A DNA stretch of 64,000 bases, taken from Eledone cirrhosa (Eukaryota). Positions 13,424 to 26,430 of this stretch are shown here, piece by piece. Made by a program: the position numbers and the translations under genes. Below the pieces are notes generated by a model. The model saw only the letters and a list, made by a program, of their open reading frames with translations. It made no database searches and was not told where the DNA came from. The stretch spans positions 62,000,001-62,064,000 of the forward strand of contig OZ024740.1 of assembly GCA_964016885.1 (NCBI GenBank), given 5' to 3'. The first letter of the stretch is position 1. Each line of letters opens with the position of its first letter.

Positions 13424-13576
13424 AAACGTGTCTTTGTATACCGAAATGGTGAGAATTCTAAAGACCGAGGAAGTTATGTCCAGGGCTGCACTTTAGAGGG
13501 AATCCTGAAAGAAGCTGAAAGGAAACTGAACTTATGGAAAAATGCTAAATACCTATTCTTTGAAAATGGCCAGCAG
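13424..13576 (+). CDS. DCDC1: DCDC1-like exon encoding the N-terminal part of the last doublecortin (DCX) domain, phase 0-0
   Basis: TTTTGTAG acceptor, CAG|GTAAAA donor. Encodes KRVFVYRNGENSKDRGSYVQGCTLEGILKEAERKLNLWKNAKYLFFENGQQ; KRVxxYxNG and xLFxxxG are DCX-domain hallmarks. Confidence 0.85.
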
Positions 13577-13595
13577 GTAAAAATTATTATTATTA

Positions 13596-13629
<34 letters not shown>

Positions 13630-13630
<1 letters not shown>

Positions 13631-15116
13631 AGTTGCATTTATCTTGCTTTATGTTCATACGAGTTATCACCAAGTCACAACCAGTGACCTCAAGAGACAA
13701 CAAGGTCCGCCATGTTCAAGAAAGAACATACATACTCACACATGCATCTTTAGTGTTTAGACTTGTGATGTACTTATATTGACAGAATCTTCCTTAGTAT
13801 ATGGGCAGTTCCCATTAGTACTATCTTTTGTATTTCTCCTATACGCGGGTTTCCTGGGATTTGCGATAAGTAATAATTAGACCCCTTAGGTATCATTCCC
13901 AGAACGCCTACAACCACTGGTATTGTTTTAGTTCTCAATTTCCACATTTTTCCAATTTCTATCTCCAGGTCCTTATACTTGCTCAATTTTTCAAATGTTT
14001 TTATAGATACATTCTTGTCTATTAGAACAGACATATCAATTAGCAGGCATACCCTCTTTTTAAAGTCCTTCAATATTATATCAGGTCTATTTGCATCTAT
14101 TTTTCGGTCTGTTTGGATGCTAAAGTTCCACAAGATTGAGATGTGATCTTTTTCAAGTATGGGAGGTGGTTGATGCTCCCACCAATTCTTTTGATGGGGC
14201 AGGTCAAAATGCTTACACATTATCCAATGTATGTATTGTGCAGCTCTGTCATGCCTGTTTAGGTATTCGGTTGGAGCTATAGGACTGCACATTGAAATTA
14301 TATGGTCAATGGTCTCTGGTTGTTTTTTGCATACACGGCATAATGGGCTGCATCCATTTTTTATTATGTTGGCTTGGAAATTTTTTGTTGGCAGACACTG
14401 ATCTTGTGCTGATATAATCAGTCCTTGAGTCTCCGATTTCAGTCCAGATGATGCCAACCACTGATGGGTTAAAGTTTTGTCAACACCAGGATTGTTAGCT
14501 CGCTCTGGGTATTTTCTATACAGAGGCTTTTCTTGCCATTTCTTAGCCAGTTTCTGTAGCAGTTCTTTCTTTGCAGTTACTTTTACCTGCTTTGCTTTTT
14601 CTGTGTTTTCCATTTCAGCAGTAAATGGGACTTCTGAAATTTGTAGTCCATTACTGTATCTTTGTGCATCTTTTGTAATGGAATATGATCTTTTGATGCT
14701 TTCGTGTTTCAAAACGAGTTTGATCATCCAATCATGTGATTCCCTTAGATATGTAGATAATCCAATTGTTGCAGTTTTCAACGCAATGTCTAACTGGATT
14801 AACCCACGTTCTCCTTCTTTCCTAGGGAGATATATTCTATCGACATCTGCCTTAGGGTGATGCATTCTGTGCATGGTTAAGAATTTTCGAATTTTTGTAT
14901 CGAGCCTACGGATCTCTGTGCTTGACCAGTTGATGACATTGTAACTGTAGGTTACTACTGGTATGGCAAGCGTGTTTATGGCATCGATCCTATTCCTTGC
15001 ATTCAATTCCGTTCTTAAGATTGCTCTTACTCTGCGGTAACATTCCTTCCTTATCCTTTCCCTCATTGTCGAGTGCTTGATTCCATCTCCTTCACAAACA
15101 CCTAGATATTTGTAAG

Positions 15117-15117
<1 letters not shown>
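13630..15117 (-). mobile_element. R4/Dong-like RLE non-LTR retrotransposon, family A, 5'-truncated, inserted in (TAA)n
   Basis: Open frame from YKYLG through CRVCKKQPETIDHIISMC, RHD and RPDIIL...LIDMSV...KLSKY (restriction-like endonuclease). (ATT)n on both sides. Confidence 0.9.
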
Positions 15118-15175
<58 letters not shown>

Positions 15176-15176
<1 letters not shown>

Positions 15177-16437
15177 CTTGAATCTCAGTCATTGATGTTA
15201 GTTAACTGGAAAGTCCGTTGGAATGAATATCAAGCCACTACCTGCAGCCTCAGATATTCAGGACATATCGGAGGGTTCTTGCTGTTCCCAGCAAGCATGC
15301 CTTTTGAAGCGTTCCAAAAAGCGTGAAGGAGCCGATTTTCTTTAACCATCCCTGGAAACTTTTGGAGATCGTCCCCAGTGCGCCTATGACAATCGGGATC
15401 ACTTTGACTTCATGGCAGTTCCAAATCCTTTTTACCTCCCACTTTAAGTCCTGGTATCGGTTAATTTTCTCCCTCTCCTTCTCCTGCACTCTCGTGTCGA
15501 ATGGGCAGGCCACATCCACAATCAGACACAATCTTTTTTCTTTGTCCACAACCACCAGGTCAGGTCTATTGTGTTCCAGTTTCTTGTCCGTCTGTATCCT
15601 AAAATCCCACAGCACCTTCACCTGATTGTTCTCCATCACCGCCTCTGGCCTATGCTCATACCATTTCTCAGAATGTGGTAAATTGTTTACTTTGCACAGG
15701 TGCCAGTGGATCACCCTGCCCATCACATCGTGTCTCCAGCCCTTATAGTGGGTCTGGGCTAGGTGTTTACACTCGGACACAATGTGAGCCACAGTCTCCT
15801 CTCTCTCTCCACAGATCCTGCACAGTGGGCTAGCCTCCTCCTTGTAAATATGGTGTTTCAACCACTTCGTTTTGAGGGCCTGCTCCTGCGCAGCCATTAA
15901 CATTCCTTCTGTAGCCTTTTTGAGGTCTCCTCTTCTCAACCAGTTCCATGTCTGTGGATCTCTAAATTCAGTTTTCTCAAAGAAGGTACTATGAAGGGAT
16001 TTTCCCTGAAGGCTGCTCTTTCTCCTTGATGTTATTTCCTCCTTGGACATCCCCTGGCCTATTGTCCCCTCCTTCAGTACAGTTCTGAGCATTGGCTCCT
16101 TACTATCAGTCACGTATTTGTATAGGTTGTTTTTCTCCATCTGAACACAGTCCTCTATGCTGATAAGACCTCTTCCACCCTCAGATCTCCTTAGGTAGAG
16201 TCTATCGACATCACTCCTCTTGTGGAACATGTTGTAGATAGTCAATAGCTTCCTAGTCTTCCTATCCATTTCTTTTTGTTCGGCAACATTCCATCTCAGA
16301 ATTCCCGCACTGTACCTAATAATAGACACAGCTCGGGAATTTACTGCGCTTATGGCATTTCTGCTGTTCAGATGTGACTTCAATACGCTCCTTACTCTCC
16401 GAATGTATTCAGTTCTTAACAATCCCTTCATTTTTTT
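15176..16437 (-). mobile_element. R4/Dong-like element, family B, 5'-truncated, inserted in (TAA)n
   Basis: 393-aa ORF with GGRGL, CRICGEREETVAHIVSEC, RHD and RPDLVV..IVDVACP..KINRY. Near-identical to 22839-24100. Confidence 0.9.
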
Positions 16438-16438
16438 A

Positions 16439-16487
<49 letters not shown>

Positions 16488-16488
<1 letters not shown>

Positions 16489-16766
16489 AGTTGCATTTAT
16501 CTTGCTTTATGTTCATACGAGTTATCACCAAGTCACAACCAGTGACCTCAAGAGACAACAAGGTCCGCCATGTTCAAGAAAGAACATACATACTCACACA
16601 TGCATCTTTAGTGTTTAGACTTGTGATGTACTTATATTGACAGAATCTTCCTTAGTATATGGGCAGTTCCCATTAGTACTATCTTTTGTATTTCTCCTAT
16701 ACGCGGGTTTCCTGGGATTTGCGATAAGTAATCATTAGACCCCTTAGGTATCATTCCCAGAGCACC
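16488..16766 (-). mobile_element. Short 3' fragment of R4/Dong-like family A
   Basis: Near-identical to 13630-13905, flanked by (ATT)n. Confidence 0.85.
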
Positions 16767-16783
16767 TTATTATTATTATTATT

Positions 16784-19700
16784 GAATGCTATGGTTGACG
16801 GAGGCTCGGCTCTGTAAGGTATTGTAAATTTTGAACGCTATAACAATTGTAAATTGTTTAAAACTGTAACCAACTTGTAGAAAAAAACACCCTCCTCCTC
16901 GTGAGAGGGGTCTTTCTGCCCGTTATTTGGCCCTTCGGGGTTAAATAACTGCTTATTGGGGTTTTGTGACCAATATTTATTTTAAACAAAAAAAACAACA
17001 TGGCTACGAAAAAGAATTTTCATAGATCACTCCCACTCATTCCGTCTTCTTCCTCAATCGTCACTACAGCAGAGAGAAGATTGTCTCTCTCCCTCCCTTC
17101 TTTAAATGTGTCTCTCTCCCTCCCTCCTCTTTCGCAAGCGACGAAAGAAAAGAAAAGTCTCGTGCAAAGCGTGCAAGATTTCTCCACGACGACGACGACA
17201 ACGACGAAAGAGGTGTGCGGGAAATACGAAAACCCATTTCATTCGTCTGACGTCAGGAATAATAGCAGTAGCAGCCGTAATAACAACAGCAACAGTGACA
17301 ATGAAAACAACAGTAGCAGCCACAACAGCATCACCAGCAGCATAAACAACAACAGCATTAGCAGCAGCAACACCAACAACAACCACAGCAACAGCGGCGG
17401 AGGCAGTAGTCGTAGTACCTGCAGCAACAACAAAAGTAACAGCAGCTCTGACGACAACAACAACAACAGCAGCAAAGAAAAACCAATCTCATTTGCAGGT
17501 ATTGCGAAGAACCTGGAAACAATCCTCATAACAAATGAGGAATTAGAGGAAGCGAAGAAGATGGTGACAAAAAATGGACACCGAGCAATCTGCAAGGCAG
17601 CGGAAAATTTTTTTCAAAACCCAACAGCACTGTACGGTCACGTACCGTACAGTAAGTACAAAATCCCGTAGGGTGAAAAGAGCCACAGAGGCTCAAATAC
17701 AAAAAGCCTTGGGGTCTGTGTGGCAGCGGAAAACACACATCACCCGAGGCAAGAAATATGCCACCGTAGGCGTACTTTTTGCCACACCCCAGGAGGCAAA
17801 GGCTCAATCCATAGTGACCCTAAGGAGCGAGGAAATGGTGTTGGTGCCCTCCTACTGCGGGCAAAAAATTGTGAGGGTCAAACTGACCCACGTCCCCCCC
17901 GGGATGGCCCCTTCTTGGCTGGCCGCGTCTGTCCTCGTCGGAATCGAGGACAAAACAACTGTACTGCAAGTACAGAAAAAAGTAAGAGAAGATTGGGTCG
18001 GCACCTCCATTGAGATGTTAATTCAAACCAACCAGGAGTGCATCGAAGCTATCCCGGATGAAATAGACTTCGATAACGGCACTCAACTGCCCATAAGTGT
18101 TGAGGGCAAACGCCCGAAATGCTTTCGCTGTGGATCGAAGACTCACCTCAGGGCCTTCTGCAACGAGAAGACCCTGAGAAAGGAGAAAACCCCCTCCTTC
18201 CGAAACCGGCTCCACGGCTACCAGCAACAGGACAAGCGGCAACCAGGAACGATAGGTCCGTGGCACCCATACCCACGCCACGGAAATCAAAAACAGCAGC
18301 AGTGGAAATATTAACAACAACAACAGCAATACCAAATGCAGCTGCAACAGAGACTCCAGTGCAAACATCACCAACAACAAGTGAAAGAGTGGAGCTGGTA
18401 CCCCTCCCCGACCTCTCAGAATCAGACATGGAGTGTGAGGTGGGAGAGGGATGGCAAAAGGTCGTAAGAAGGCACAAACGCAGAAGCAGCGCATCGTCGC
18501 CTTTGAAAAGGGAGGAAAGAAATGAGAAAAGGGTAAAGTCTACTGCAAAGAGACTCACAGCAGCAACACCACCAACACCATCACCACCCACACTAGCACC
18601 ACCATCACCACCGGCGAAAACCCCACCGCCAACAACACCTTCAACACCACCACCACAAGCACCAACATCGCAAACACAACAACATAACACACACACCCAG
18701 CAACAACGACAAGAAAATAGCAGAACCACACCCAACCCCCAGAAAAACAAATGCATGGCAATAAATACACACAACAAGAAACTAATGACTTACATAATTG
18801 AACACACAGACATTTCACAACACGACTACATAATACCAGCACCAATCAAAACGCCAACTAACATAAGACTGCTAAAAATAGCACAGAAACAATACACAAA
18901 CATTAAAACGAAATTCCCCAACGCAGTTGGTGATTTCAGGGACCTAGGAGGAACTATCAATTGAAGAGTATATTCAGACATACTCATAGAAGAGCCAACG
19001 ATCAGCCGAAGAGACGATTCAACGGACCCTTCACCAGACGATCAAGTGAAAAGGGATGTAAAAACCATCCCTCCTCTACGAAAAAATGGTAACTGGTCTT
19101 TCCCATCTTTTCCACCCTATTTTAAACATGACCTCACTCAGAATAGGCAGCATAAATGCGCGTGGCTTGGGGTCGTCATGGAAGCAGGGTCACCTGCTCA
19201 ACGACCTCAGGTCACTAAACATAGATGTAGTGGCCATCAGCGAGACCAGAATCTCCGAAGCACGGGCCTTCGCACCGATCTTCAGCGGCTACGATGTGTA
19301 CGCATCTCCCAGCCGTCCTGGATCAGGGGGTGGAGTTGCTGTGCTTTTTCGGAGAGGTTTGGATCTCGCCATACGGGCCATCTTCCTGGACCCAGAGGGT
19401 AAGCTGGTGTTGCTGGACGTGACCAGCGGAGACGGGCAAGCTTTCAGGCTAGTGGCCGTCTATGCCCCGACAGGAGCAGGGCGGCCTGATTTCTTCCGGC
19501 GTCTGGAGACCTTTCTTGGAACGTCCCGCTCTTTAGTGTTAGTGGGCGACTGGAACGGGATCTTAGATGGATGCTGGGACTGTGTGGGATTAGCGGATAG
19601 GGGTGGAGGGTGCAAGAGCCTCACCAACCTGCTCAGGCGTTTTGAACTGTTTGACAGGTACCGATTGGATTTCCCGAATGTGCCAATGTGGACTTGGACA

Positions 19701-22700
19701 AATCGCATAGAGTATTTTGTAGGGAAATAGATAGGTTTAGCATAGGCTGTCCACAATTCAAGATAGTCAGCTACACGGACCACAAATTCGTGATCTGTGT
19801 GCTTGACTTAGATAGGCTTCATAGACGAGGACCCGGCTACCGGAAGCTAAACGCGTCCTTACCAGCGCGCAAGGCCTACAGAGACCGGATTAGCGAACTA
19901 GTTAAGCGGCCGTTGACGGGGGCCATCGTCAACAACAAGTGGTGGTTTGCTCTGAAAAGAGCGATTAGAATAGAGTCCATTAGGTTTAGTAAGGCTTTAG
20001 CAATAGAGAAAAATAGAGCAGAGGGAGAACTAGTTAGAAAATTAGACGAGGCGCTTAGCAAAGGCATTGTGACCGATGTGCCTGCGGCGAAATTGGCCCT
20101 TGACCAATTCTTCAATGCAAAGTATGAAGGCTGCGTTGTCAGAGCAAGGGTGCGTGCTCTCAGACACGAGGGGACGAAAGCCGTTCAATGGGCCCGAGTG
20201 GCGGAGGCGCGTCGTGGCAACAAAGCCACGATCCGGTCTTTGGTGGACCACGACGGGCGCATGCTACTCGATCCCAGGCAAATGTGTGAAGCTTTTCAGC
20301 GACACTTCGCTCAGCTGTTCGGGGGCAGCGGTGGGCCGGGTCGAGGGATGGACTTTAGTGTCTACCTCGACGGACTGCCGCGGCTCTCGGCCACTGAGGC
20401 GAAGTGTTGCGAAAAGCCGATAACAGCCGCTGAAGTAAGGGAGGCAATGACTGGCTGCACAAGGGGTAAATCGCCTGGTTTGGATGGTCTGCCCTATGAA
20501 CTTTACGTACAGATGCCAGACTTGTTCGGAGGCCTCTTGGCGGACGTCTACTGCAACTGGCAACAGAACGGGAGAATTCCCAGTTCTGTGAGCCGAGGAG
20601 CGGTGGCACTGCTGAGAAAGGATCCGAACAAGGGGGATAACATAGATAATTTCCGGCCCATAACTCTGCTAAACACAGAGTTCAAGATTTTGGCCAAGGT
20701 GCTAGCAAAGAGGTTGGCGCTTGTCGTTGGTGGTCTGGTGGGAGAGGCGCAGACATGCGCCATTCCCGACAGATCCATCCACGACAACCTCCACCTCATG
20801 CGATACATCGTAGAGAGGGTAGCTAGGGAACCTGGCACGGGTGGGTCCTTGATCAATTTAGATCAGTCGAAAGCTTTCGATAGGGTCGACCATCGTTACC
20901 TAGCGGCAGTCCTGAGGGCGGCTGGCTTTGGGCCCGTCTTCAGAGGCTGGATCGCTGCCATGCACAGCGACATCTGCTCTGTGGTGAGAGTGAACGGTCA
21001 CCTGTCGGAACCGTTCATCATCATGCGCTTGGTCCGCCAAGGATGTCCCCTCTCGTCCCTCTTGTACGTATTGACTCTCGAGCCATTACTGCACAAACTG
21101 GAGACGTTGAGGGGCATCCTGCGCGAACTAGGATGCGGAAGATCCGTGTCAGCATATGCTGACGATGTCACCGTAGTGGTGTCGAACGCCAAACACATCG
21201 AGGCGATTGGCACTACACTAAGAGAATACGAAGCGGTGACAGGAGCAATGATCAACCAGGAAAAGTCAGTGGGCCTGCAGCTCGGCACCTGGAGAGGCAG
21301 GTCCATGCCGTCCAACAGTGTCGTCGGACGCTGGACGGACGGACCGGTTAAATTGGTAGGGGTCTGGTTCGGTCCGGACCTCCAGATGTACAAAAACTGG
21401 GACGAGGTGACAAGTAGGGTGGCTTCTCTCACTCAGAAATGGGCGGAGAGGAAGCTATCCCTGAAAGGTCGAGCGGAGGTGGCTAACGCGTACATCGTGT
21501 CCGTCATCTGCTACCGCCTGACCGTCGTACCTTGTCCTAAGCCTCACCTGACTGCGCTGGAGCGTTTGCTCTTTCGCTTTTTGTGGAAGGGACGCGCTCC
21601 GATGGTCAGGCGGTCCATCTGTTGTCAACTCCCGCTACGTGGAGGGCTGGGCATGCCGTGGTTGATGATGCGCAGGCACGCGCTCAGGCTACGACATCTC
21701 CACCTCTTCCTTGACGGTGATCAGGTGTGGTCGCCGTTTGCTAGACACGTATTTCCCCAGCTCGTTTCCTTGACGGAGCTGCAGTCCTGGGTCAAGCGAA
21801 AACCGAGAGGGAGCGCCTGGAGACTGGAATGTCTTCAGGCGCTCACAGCCCTCGACGAATCGGGCAATGTGATCGGTGGAAACTCCACCTCGGCGTTCTA
21901 TAGAGGATTAGTGGAGGGGAAGAGCGACGACGTACTTGGGGAAACTCTAGGCGTCACGAAAATCAACTAGCCAATCTCTTCGGAAGAACTTTCGGGCCAG
22001 GGCCTATGGACAACTTCCAGAAATCTCTGGCCTGGCAGTGCTACCGAGGAGCCTTGCCAGTTCGGGATAAACTCCACAGGCATGGAGGTGCCGTCAGCCG
22101 GACATGTCCGAGATGCGCGCAGGGCGACGAAACCGTCCTGCACGCACTCGTCCAGTGTCCGAAAATTGCTGACTTGTGGGTTTATGTCGAACACCTGCTG
22201 TCGCGTTTAGGACGGATCCGGCTATCATCTGAGTGCATCGTGAGGATTGCCCCGCCCTCCTCCTTTAGCCGGGAAGGGCAGGCAGTTTTTATCTGTCTGG
22301 TGGCCATGGCGAAAGAAATAGTATGGTGGACATGTTTGAAAGGGCTGAAGACGAGCACTTACCTCTTCGGTGATGCTCTGATTGACTTTTTCAAATTTCA
22401 TTTGAAAAGGAAAATCAGAGTAGAGAGGGAAGTGCTCTCTTCCCAGCATTTTGTTGAAAGATGGGTGAGAGAAGCAAGAATGGCCCGAGTGAATGGGCCT
22501 ACTCTGAGTATATATCTGTAAATTAAAGGTGGAAAACTGGGAGAGGGCACTTGCCTTGGTGATCAGGGTCATTGTGGCTTTTTACTGGGCTTTCTCCACA
22601 AATGTCCCTCCGAAGTCCCCCCCCTATTGGGGAATTTTTCATTGTTATTTTCATTGTTATTTTTGTTACATCCTCTGTTTTTGTTTTTTACACGCAGAAA

Positions 22701-22780
22701 TGCCCATTTGTACCGTCCTGCATTGTCCAGCACTGTCCTTAATGTCTACTTTATGTAAACCCTTGTGGTTAATAAAGAAA

Positions 22781-22781
<1 letters not shown>
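16784..22781 (+). mobile_element. Apparently full-length Tx1/L1-clade LINE (gag-like ORF1; ORF2 with APE, RT and zinc-binding C-terminus), mildly decayed
   Basis: ORF1 17000-18964 in three frames with knuckle CFRCGSKTHLRAFC. APE SINARGL/SET/VYAP/GDWN at 19128-19730. RT KSPGLDGLPYE, KAFDRVDH, RQGCPLS, AYADD. C-terminal CPRC...ETVLHALVQC. AATAAA near 22771. Flanked by (ATT)n. Confidence 0.9.
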
Positions 22782-22826
<45 letters not shown>

Positions 22827-22838
22827 CATCATTATTAT

Positions 22839-25800
22839 TCCTTGAATCTCAGTCATTGATGTTAGTTAACTGGAAAGTCCGTTGGAATGAATATCAAGCC
22901 ACTACCTGCAGCCTCAGATATTCAGGACGTATCGGAGGGTTCTTGCTGTTCCCAGCAAGCATGCCTTTTGAAGCATTCCAAAAAGCGTGAAGGGGCCGAT
23001 TTTCTTTAACCATCCCTGGAAACTTTTGGAGATCGTCCCCAGTGCGCCTATGACAATCGGGATCACTTTGACTTCATGGCATTTCCAAATCCTTTTTACC
23101 TCCCACTTTAAGTCCTGGTATCGGTTAATTTTCTCCCTCTCCTTCTCTTGCACTCTCGTGTCGAATGGGCAGGCCCCATCCACAATCAGACACAATCTTT
23201 TTTCTTTGTCCACAACCACCAGGTCAGGTCTATTGTGTTCCAGTTTCTTGTCCGTCTGTATCCTAAAATCCCACAGCACCTTCACCTGATTGTTCTCCAT
23301 CACCGCCTCTGGCCTATGCTCATACCATTTCTCAGAATGTGGTAAATTGTTTACTTTGCACAGGTGCCAGTGGATCACCCTGCCCATCACATCATGTCTC
23401 CAGCCCTTATAGTGGGTCTGGGCTAGGTGTTTACACTCGGATACAATGTGAGCCACAGTCTCCTCTCTCTCTCTCCACAGATCCTGCACAGTGGGCTAGC
23501 CTCCTCCTTGTAAATATGGTGTTTCAACCACTTCGTTTTGAGGGCCTGCTCCTGCGCAGCCATTAACATTCCTTCTGTAGCCTTTTTGAGGTCTCCTCTT
23601 CTCAACCAGTTCCATGTCTGTGGATCTCTAAATTCAGTTTTCTCAAAGAAGGTACTATGAAGGGATTTTCCCTGAAGGCTGCTCTTTCTCCTTGATGTTA
23701 TTTCCTCCTTGGACATCCCCTGGCCTATTGTACCCTCCTTCAGTACAGTTCTGAGCATTGGCTCCTTACTATCAGTCACATATTTGTATAGGTTGTTTTT
23801 CTCCATCCGAACACAGTCCTCTATGCTGATGAGACCTCTTCCACCCTCAGATCTCCTTAGGTAGAGTCTATTGACATCACTCCTCTTGTGGAACATGTTG
23901 TAGATAGTCAATAGCTTCCTAGTCTTCCTATCCATTTCTTTTTGTTCAGCAACATTCCATCTCAGAATTCCCGCACTGTACCTAATAATGGACACAGCTC
24001 GGGAATTTACTGCGCTTATGGCATTTCTGCTGTTCAGATGTGACTTCAATACGCTCCTTACTCTCCGAATGTATTCAGTTCTTAACAATTCCTTCATTTT
24101 TTTGTTCTTTATGCCATCAGCCTCCAGAACGCCCAAATACTTGTATCCTTCCTCAGAGTCAATTTCCTTTATCATCTCACCTGTTGGTATCTGGATTCCA
24201 TTACTTCTGCTCAACCTACCCCTCCTCATCACAATGACTCCACACTTACTAATACCAAACTGCATACATATATCACTGCTGAAAATACGGACAGTGTCAA
24301 CAAGCACATCCAACTCCTTCTCACTCTTCCCGAAGAGCTTAAGATCGTCCATGAAGAGGAGGTGATTGATGGTAAGCTCTCCCTTTCCCAACTTGTATCC
24401 TGCTCTCACTTTTCACAGTATAATGGTCAAGGGCATCAGGGCAAGGACAAACAACAGAGGGGACAGGCTATCTCCCTAGAAGATACCTCTCTTGATCTTC
24501 ACGCTTCCCAAGGATTCTCCAGTTGATGTCAACTCTGTCTCCCAGGACCCCATACTTCTGCCCAGCAACTGTCTGATGTTATCTGCCACCTTGAAGATCT
24601 CCAGGCTTTTGGTGATCCAAGAATGAGGCACCATGTCAAATGCCTTTCTGTAGTCTATCCATCCCATGGCAAGATCAGTGTGTCTCCTCCTGCAATTCCC
24701 CATTACCATCTTATCAATAAGTAACTGGTCCTTTGTACCACGTGACTTCTTTCGGCATCCTTTCTGTTCGTCCGGTAACAAGTTGTTTGTGTGGAGGTGA
24801 TGGTAGATTTCCTCAGACACAATGCTCGTCAACAGTTTCCACATTACGGACAGACATGTGATAGGTCTATAGTTGGTAACATCATTACTCTTGATTCGGT
24901 CTTTCATTATCAGAACTGTGGTACCTTTTGTCAACCACTCTGGCACCTCACCCGACACCAAGCAGTCATTGAACATGGCTGTCAGTTTCGGGTGGAGGGA
25001 TGTTAAATTTTTAATCCAATACCCCTGCACACCATCTGGGCCTGGTGATTTCCAGTTGGTTAGTTTTTTGGCCTGCCCCTTAAGAGTTTCAACTGTGATA
25101 CTCAAATCAGTTTGTTGGTGTGCCTGCTCACCGATCTCCCTCTGTACTGTCTCAATCCACACTGCCTGGTCATTATGTCTAACATCCTGCTCCCATATTC
25201 CTCTCCAGAATGTTTTAGTTTGTTCCGCCTCAGGGATCAAGTCGTTGCCTCTTTCTTTCCCCTCAAGCTGTCCAAACAGCATCTTCTGGTTGTTGTCGAA
25301 CATGCGGTTCTGTTTATACTGACTGACTCTGTTGTCGTATCGCCTGATTTTTGCACTCTTTGCTACAATGCGTTGCTTCAGTTCCTCTATGATAATATTT
25401 AGCTTTTTCCTCCTAGTTTTGTACTTTATTTCCAGTCTATTTTTAGTGCCTATGTTTTTTAGTGTCCCATTCAGTAGTGACTCAAGCTTTCCTATGTCAT
25501 TTCTCATTTCCTTGATTTGACCACTCAGTCGTTTCTTCCACTAAGACTCTGCTCTTTCTTGTCTGTTGTTTCCTCTCGCTTTTATACCAAGTAATTTCCT
25601 CACCATATTTGCTGTTGCTTTGAGGATATTGTTGCACTGGTGAAGGCTCCTCGCCTCAAGGTATGGGATGACTTTGTTTACCTTAGCTGTTGTTTCTTTT
25701 AACTTTTTCCTGTCTACAAATCTTAGGTTCATAGGTCTCCCACTATCATTGTTCAATTCATCTACCACTAAATTTAGGATGTCAACCGAATCTTGTCCTA

Positions 25801-26430
25801 GCCCGTCAGCATTCATCTCCTCAGTGGCCGTATCTCTGTTCCAGGTATTATTTATCTCAGTATTCAGATCATTGTCTGCTTCGGGTGGTTCCTCCGTTCT
25901 CTCGACCTCTTCACCTTCATTTCCCACTGGCTCGTTTGTCTGGCATACTACACCCTCCATCTCCAAGCTATTCTCTCTGCTCAGTTCCTCCAGTTCCAGC
26001 TCGCTTATCCACCCATTAGTTCTTATTACCCGAGCCTGCCCGGCCAATTTTTGTTCATCTAATTTAAATAGACCAATCTCGTTCCAGATGTTATGCATCC
26101 GTCTCCTTTTCAGGTAACATTGCATAACAGTTCTATTCAATTCTTTCGTCCAGTTGGTTCTGGCCCCTTTCCTTCTTCTTCTTCCTCCAACACCAGCAGT
26201 ATTTGGTTGACAGTCAGGTTCCTGCTGCTGAGCCAGGGAGCACCTGTTGGGTGAGAGTCTGTCACATGACGTTCTAGTCTCCATTTCACCGTTATTCGAA
26301 CTGTTTAGGTTCGATATTTAAACACTCTTATCGAGGATTGGCGAATGTATGGTTACATAGCCATCTGTGGATTCACCGTCTCCGGTGGTTGCGCCGCTCC
26401 ACTTGGCACTTGTGTGGCATTATCACCACG
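22839..26430 (-). mobile_element. Near full-length R4/Dong-like element, family B (single ORF broken by stops and a frameshift)
   Basis: Collinear ORFs 25541-26284 (WTKELNRTVMQCY), 24476-25507 (KSPGPDG, YRPITCL, KAFDMVPH), 23423-24409 (FMDD) and 22914-23489 (RLE). Stops near 25541, 24476 and 24415. Frameshift in a (GA)n run near 23465. Confidence 0.9.

Noticed and set aside
17000-18964. Possible programmed frameshifting in Tx1 ORF1 (three overlapping ORFs)
   Set aside because: The shifts are +1 then -1 and seem to fall at homopolymer runs (~17570 and ~18190). ORF2 is also broken, so decay or sequencing error is more likely.
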